DNA of 64,000 nucleotides. It comes from Vicinamibacteria bacterium (GTDB lineage Bacteria; Acidobacteriota; Vicinamibacteria; Vicinamibacterales; UBA8438). A program made the position numbers and the translations under genes. The DNA is taken from assembly GCA_022821235.1 (NCBI GenBank), contig JAJEEA010000129.1, forward strand, positions 3,931 through 67,930, given 5' to 3'. Positions 62,665 through 64,000 of the stretch are shown here, piece after piece (position 1 is the first letter of the stretch; the number at the start of each line of letters is the position of its first letter). The notes beneath the pieces are model-generated. The model made no database searches. It saw nothing but the letters and a program-made list of their open reading frames with translations, and was not told where the DNA came from.

Positions 62665-64000
62665 ATGCGGATTTCCGTACCCGCCGTCCAGGCCGTGCAA
62701 AACGGCCACCAGTTGTTCCTCTTTTTCCTCCCAGCGGGCATTCTCAAGGGGCTGCCGATTGAAGTCGAGCGGTTCGATCCGGACAAGCCCTATAGCGCCC
62801 ATGATCAGGGTTACCAGCGGGCACCTGAGAGGAATCGTGCACGCCGCTTCGCGCGGTACCTCCAGAAGCCGGACGCGTTGTCACCGACCGCATTGATGTT
62901 GAACGACCGCAATTCCGTCACGGAATTCGACGCTCAGCGCAGTGAGCTGATCCTCGACACCACCAAAGGGCCGGTCTTCAACTACGACGGCCAGCACCGC
63001 GAGCTCGGCTATCGCTTTCGACTGGAGGACGATCCGTCGTTCCGGGAGTTCCACATCCCTGTCGTGATGACGCGAGGCATCGACAAGCTGACCGAAATGC
63101 TCCAGTTCCAGACGATCAACTCGACGGCGAAGGGGGTGGCGACGTCACTCGTCAACGCCATCCTGGCCAAGCATCAGGCGAGGGACGGGGATGAGGTACT
63201 GAGCGGTACGGTGCAGACCCGCAACGTCGTCGGGTACAAGGTCACCGAACAGGTCAACAACGACCCTGCCGGCCCTTGGCACCAGCTGATCGTCCTCCCA
63301 AATCAGAGTCTTTGGACGAAGAAGGAGATCAAGGAGGATCCCGCCCGTCAGCGTACGCGGGTCATCAAAGCCAACTCGTTCGTGGACGCGCTACGACCGC
63401 TGTACGACTGCATGACGATACTGGAAGGGATGGCCGCTACCGTTGACGAACGAGCAGACAAGATCGCGTCTATCGTGAACGAGTTCTGGACAGCCTTGAA
63501 GGACCAGATGCCGGACGCGTTCGCGGCCCCGCGCGACTCTGCGTTGTTCAAGTCGGGAGGCGTTGGCCCCATGCACCTCGTGCTTCGTGACTTGCTGATG
63601 AGGATGTACCGTGCTCGCCGCAAGTTCGTCAGAGAGGAGTTCAAGGTGATGATCTCCGGATCCGATCTCCTGAGCGACGCTGCCTTCTGGAGTTCGAGCA
63701 ACGACGATGGCGCGCGCATCTACTCCGGCAAGGCGAACTGGCCCGATCTCGCCAAGCGCATCATCAGGGACCTTGAGGAGGGCATGGCCGTGCTCCCCGA
63801 CGACGAGAATCCTCCGGCGGAGGCCCCGCGGCGGCGACGCCCCACACCGCCCGCAGTAACCCGGATCATGGAGCGGATCGGGTACGACGCATCCGATCGC
63901 ACGGACAAGGACCGGGCGAGCAAGGCTGCGTGGCGAGAGGCTGCCAGGTCGGGTCTGGTACCCTATGAGCAGTGCCCGCGCTTTGCGCTACGGGGCATCG
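62665..64000 (+). CDS. DGQHR domain-containing protein (DndB-like, ParB/Srx fold), 3' end outside window
   Basis: Absent from the ORF track because no stop is reached. ATG 62665 is preceded by AAGGTGG; an alternative ATG lies at 62590. YQRAPERNRARRFARYL, FNYDGQHRELGY (DGQHR at 62986-63000) and LQFQTINSTAKGVATSL. Lower GC than the flanks. Confidence 0.85.
   Translation, partial: MRISVPAVQAVQNGHQLFLFFLPAGILKGLPIEVERFDPDKPYSAHDQGYQRAPERNRARRFARYLQKPDALSPTALMLNDRNSVTEFDAQRSELILDTTKGPVFNYDGQHRELGYRFRLEDDPSFREFHIPVVMTRGIDKLTEMLQFQTINSTAKGVATSLVNAILAKHQARDGDEVLSGTVQTRNVVGYKVTEQVNNDPAGPWHQLIVLPNQSLWTKKEIKEDPARQRTRVIKANSFVDALRPLYDCMTILEGMAATVDERADKIASIVNEFWTALKDQMPDAFAAPRDSALFKSGGVGPMHLVLRDLLMRMYRARRKFVREEFKVMISGSDLLSDAAFWSSSNDDGARIYSGKANWPDLAKRIIRDLEEGMAVLPDDENPPAEAPRRRRPTPPAVTRIMERIGYDASDRTDKDRASKAAWREAARSGLVPYEQCPRFALRGI

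Noticed and set aside
62563-63923. ORF-track entries 62563..62802(-), 62648..62896(+), 63348..63719(-) and 63720..63923(-).
   Set aside because: All overlap the long DGQHR reading frame, which carries clear family motifs. Their own translations are low-complexity.

Overview
This is a GC-rich bacterial chromosomal window. The gene content points to Acidobacteriota or a similar soil/sediment lineage, by inference only: a PadR regulator with a duplicated FtsX 'ADOP' permease, DUF1592/DUF1552 and DUF1549-DUF1553/DUF1501 pairs, five PQQ-type beta-propeller proteins and several Tat-signal hydrolases. I call about 45 intact CDS, 9 pseudogenes or gene remnants, several repeat loci and some promoter/operator candidates. 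I found no rRNA, tRNA, CRISPR array or intact transposase. Most very long ORFs in the six-frame track run antisense to well-supported genes and are GC-driven artefacts. Housekeeping-like blocks (pckA, amidase, sulfatase, PQQ dehydrogenases) alternate with lower-GC accessory patches full of toxin-antitoxin modules, ATPase debris and dead integrases. The best candidates for something undescribed are: (1) a three-copy P-loop NTPase / PD-(D/E)XK nuclease fusion family at 22.2-29.8 kb, with two intact divergent copies bracketing a 3-kb core and a third remnant beyond a higBA cassette; (2) a DGQHR (DndB-like) gene that opens an island next to two wrecked integrases and runs off the right edge; (3) two paralogous secreted double-CxxCH proteins flanking a YtrA-type GntR/ABC operon next to a DUF3604-PPIase-HupE operon; (4) two intergenic repeat families and a duplicated promoter/leader module. 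At least seven reading-frame disruptions are present and could be real decay or assembly indels; reads are needed to decide. All family names come from motif recognition by eye. No searches were run.
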